NCBI GenBank assembly: GCA_037447605.1 | Contig: CM074812.1 | Span: forward strand, 620,001-684,000 | Source of the DNA: Zygnema circumcarinatum SAG 698-1b | Lineage: Eukaryota > Plantae > Zygnematophyceae | Direction of reading: 5' to 3' | Length of the DNA stretch: 64,000 nt | In this document: positions 60,323-64,000 of the stretch, one piece after another | How positions within the stretch are numbered: the first letter of the stretch is position 1 | Layout: the number at the start of each line of letters is the position of its first letter | The notes under the pieces: model-generated | Seen by the model: only the letters and a program-made list of their open reading frames with translations | Database searches by the model: none | What the model was told of the DNA's origin: nothing | Program-made: the position numbers and the translations under genes

Positions 60323-62136
60323 GGCTCCATGCGGCAACGGAGAGGTCGTTCTATGTTATGTTGTGTACTCACCCCAACGGCGTGGATATAGGAATCGCAA
60401 CACGGATCAATGGTTGGCTGGGTCGCCAGCCAATGGTTGCGACCATTCCATTATGGAGCTGTTGGAAGGAAAAATGATACAAAAAAGGAAGGGAGGAGGA
60501 GTGCGGGAATATCCGAACAGGCCTCGTCGCTCTGAAAAAAAAAAAAAAGTAGAAAGGTGATAGGTTTCATTTTTTTGGCTTTTTTTTTTTTTTTAAATCG
60601 TAAATCAAAAGCGTAATGACATGTGTAGTCTTCACGCGAAGACTCTGTCATGCTCCATTCGACGGAACGAGGTATTGGTATGTGCGGGCAGCAGACAGAG
60701 TCGTGTGCTAAAGTTCTCAGTTTTATGAATATGGTTTATGTGACTGTACAGTTTTCCCTCGTTAAAAAATAATAATAATGTTCGGAGCTGCATTATCTAC
60801 GCCTCTACTTGATTTTCCTAAGTTTTGAGCCCATCTACTGGCAAGTTGCGTTCTTGCTGACGTTTTTTGCTGACATCAGCACATATATTAGGACGGTTTG
60901 TCGATTGTCACGCTGAAGCCATTCTTGTTTTTGCAACGAGGCATGAACAGAAGACCAATCTTGGTGCCACGTGGCATGAAAACCTTATGCCCTTCCCAGT
61001 TGAGTGAGAGCATCGAAGCGAACCGGCGCCATGCGGACAGTTGAAGGTCAACTTTCTAGAACCTGAACCTTAAACCTTCACCCGAAAAATTTAAGAAAAT
61101 TTAACTATAACGCCAAAATTCTGAGCCAGAATAACGTGCAAACCGGTGGTTCTGCATGGGGAGGACCGCTTTGCACTCAACGGCCGTACGAAAAGGGAAA
61201 CAGAGCTACACTCTACCAAACTGTAGAGGATCTAAATCCCCCCCTGTCCAATCATCGAGCAAAGCTCCAGTCTCCTCCTCCCTCTCACGCTCTCTCTCTC
61301 TCTCTCGTCCTCTCTCACTCTCTCTCCCTCACCCTCTCATTTGCAGTGTCTGCTTATTGAAATAAATCTAAAGTTACTGTTTAGTGCCATTTTCATGTTG
61401 TTAAGCCTTCAACCTGCCCTGAAAGCACAAATGCTAATCAGCTTATAGTATGAACACCACCACATCACCCCCTCAGATAACTGACTGAGCGCTCTATACA
61501 TCAAATGGCTTTAGCTGAACCGATCCCAACTATCTCCGCACACGTTCAATTTGAATGGGTAAACTTTTTGCAAACAGGTTTTTTTAAAGGCGTGACTCCT
61601 CATTCATTGTTTAATCATTATTGTTGTTGATGTTGCTCCTCATGAGATGAGCCATTGGGTGACAAAATGGGGGGGGAGGGGGGGGGGCGCTGTTGAACAT
61701 AATGTTGAACATTGGAAGAGGGGAGAGTATGATGGAAGAATGGAAATTAAATGATTGTAACAAGTGTTTATAGACAAATCGCTCATCTGCCAGAAATCTG
61801 CGAATTCAGAAGGGTCCCGTATTGAAGTCACAGAGATGTTGGCAATAGCAAATGGCAGGCCCCTTTTTCTCAATTCAAGAAAAGATGCTGAATCTCCGCA
61901 GTTTCCAGAAAAGGTGAAATGGTTTGAAGAGCTAGGAAAGAGAGGGAGCGAGAATAGGGTGTTGAGAGAGGGGGGGACGAAGGGAGGGACGGAGGGAGAG
62001 AAAGCGAGAGAAGGGAAACGTGACAAAGGGAGAGAGAGTTAAGAGCTGTACAGAAAGAGGACGAGAGGAGAGAGGGGACAAACCGTGAAAAGTTACCTCA
62101 AGCAGAGTCTACGATAAGCTGCCCTTCGGTACAGAA

Positions 62137-64000
62137 TCAGTTGCAGTTCAAGTGGCCATCCTTGTCCTCATCGAACTTAGAGAACTCGTTACAAATCCAA
62201 ACAATGTCGTCGTCCTCCACCTTCTTCATCTCCTTCAGCTTAAACAACACAAACTCCGCAAGACTGCAGAAAAAACCAAAGACGTTTCTTAAGAAATTCA
62301 CCACTTACGCATACTTTGTTCACCTCGAGGAAACCCTTGAACTATATCAGCAACTAAAGACTAAGTTCAAAAGGGCACAGATTTGATCTGCCCCACCTCC
62401 TCAACTTGCTCTTATCAAGAGACGACATGAGACAACGCTCGATGAGCGATAAAAAGGAAGGGAGGCCGAGAGAGAATGAGTGAGAGAAAAAGTAAACATA
62501 TCCGAGAGAGAAAGCACCAGAGAGAGAGTGAGAGAGAGCGCACCAGAGGGAGAGTGAGAGGATCTGAGGGAGACAGAGAGAGAGAGAGGGAGAGAGAGGG
62601 AGCATCTGAGAGAGGGGGGAGAGGGAGAGAGACCGAACACACCTGACTTTCCCGTCCAGGTCCAAATCCGCCGCTGTGAGCTCTTCCCTCGTGAGCGCCC
62701 TCGAGAGCACGTCCGCCGCCAACTCTTGCTGCTGTTCGGCCACGCGCAGCTCCGTGATGCACAGGGCGAAGTGTGCGACTAGCAGAGTGCTCGAAAGGAT
62801 CCACATTATCTGCACAGCGGCAATCACACTCGTTGGGCTTGATTGACTTGACTTTACTTGACTTGACCAACTTGACTTGACTTGATTTGACCAACTTGAC
62901 TTGACGAACTTGCCTTGCCTTGCCTTGCCTTGACTTGACTCGACTCGACTTGACTTGACTTGGAGGTGCTGCTTCCTTCCGTTCCGTACCGCGAAGGCCC
63001 GTCCCCCGAGGGTCGTGAAGCTCTCGTCCCCGTACCCGACCGTTGTGACCGTAACGCACGCGCAGTAGAGTGCGTCTAGCGGCGCTAGGCCCTCCCCGTA
63101 GTGCAGCACGCCCGCCCCCACGAGGAGGGCCAATAGGACCGCGCCACCTGCCACGAGGACGCGCTTCCACGACTTGCGGCGGGAGGTTTCGATTCGCTTA
63201 AATATGGACTCCTCCATTTGAAGGAGGGCGTGGTCGCTGCGATGCTGCGCTTTTCTTCCTATTTCTAAATAGTCCATTACAGTGCTTTCCTGGAATGTTA
63301 GGAAGGGGTTAGGGTTTTGGGGGTTAGTGGGAGGAGGGTAGGGCGCTGCTGCTTGCGGTGGTAAGGGAGGTCGGAAGAAGGAGGGATGTGAGTTTGTGAA
63401 TGGTTTGGAAGGAGGTTTATCGAGGTGAAAGAAAGTCAACATCTATGTCAATAGCTTTGTTTAGTTTAAGCACCTTCCATTACAGTGGAGAAGTTACAAA
63501 CTTTTTGCAAACCGAAGAGCTCAGTAATCTTACAAAAAGAAAGCAAAAGAGGCTCGATAGGGGTGGTTTCGGTTGGATCAGAAGCAATCATAAACAAACA
63601 ATTTTTATTTTTTTGAGTGCCTTGAACATACCTGCTTCCGAACAAGGTATTCAGCTGCTTCAGAAAGGAGAATATTGAGGAGGCCAAAACCTGCAATGAC
63701 ACTACCAAAAAAATAAAAAAATTGGCAAATTGACGCTATTGTGGATTATCTGGAGTGAAAACATTCTAAAAGCAACGCTGTTTTCCTTGTCAAATCATTC
63801 AAAGGAAAACTTCGGTTTGGTGAGGCTCCCATGACTCATTTAAAATAGAGGGAAAAAAAACTGAGAATTTTTTGCAACAGAAGCACTTATTCATCCGCTC
63901 ACCGGCAAAAACAAAAAAACATGTGAAGACTTTAGCAGGGACGGTCTGAGGAGATAAATCTGGAAACCCACCACCCCAACAAAGTAATAAGAGAAAACCT
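62137..64000 (-). CDS. TPK: Two-pore (TPK/KCO) K+ channel, 3' portion; the 5' end lies beyond the window
   Basis: (G)DLSPQTVPAKVFTCFFVFAGFGLLNILLS (end of pore 1 and TM2); DALYCACVTVTTVGYGDESF.TLGGRAFA (pore 2); EF-hands AADLDLDGKV-SLAEFVLFKLKEM and FSKFDEDKDGHL. Confidence 0.92.

Overview
Eukaryotic nuclear DNA, gene-dense and intron-rich, most likely from a green plant below the angiosperms (a streptophyte alga or bryophyte-grade lineage). This is inferred from the plant-type DDM1, TPK and PHYLLO genes and the teloboxes. Introns are filled with (GA)/(CT) homopurine microsatellites, and nine ~10-N assembly gaps sit beside such tracts. Nine spliced genes can be traced by hand: (1) a four-module PHYLLO (MenF-MenD-MenC-MenH) with an intact isochorismate synthase domain; (2) DDM1/LSH; (3) an AIFM2/FSP1-like oxidoreductase; (4) a Pho88/SND3-family ER protein; (5) an NDUFAF5-like methyltransferase; (6) a secreted bacterial-type cupredoxin with a Cys-rich tail; (7) a cyanobacterial-type TrmJ SPOUT methyltransferase; (8) a cN-II-type HAD 5'-nucleotidase whose first intron holds a ~590-bp TTAGGG array; (9) the 3' part of a TPK K+ channel. 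Non-coding signals include a strongly over-represented CCAAT-N9-CCACG (ERSE-like) motif that also occurs inside exons, fold-back elements, a diverged inverted repeat pair flanking TrmJ, and three tandem duplications that are probably assembly artefacts. Exon limits were read by eye and may be off by a few bases. Family calls rest on motif recognition, not database searches.
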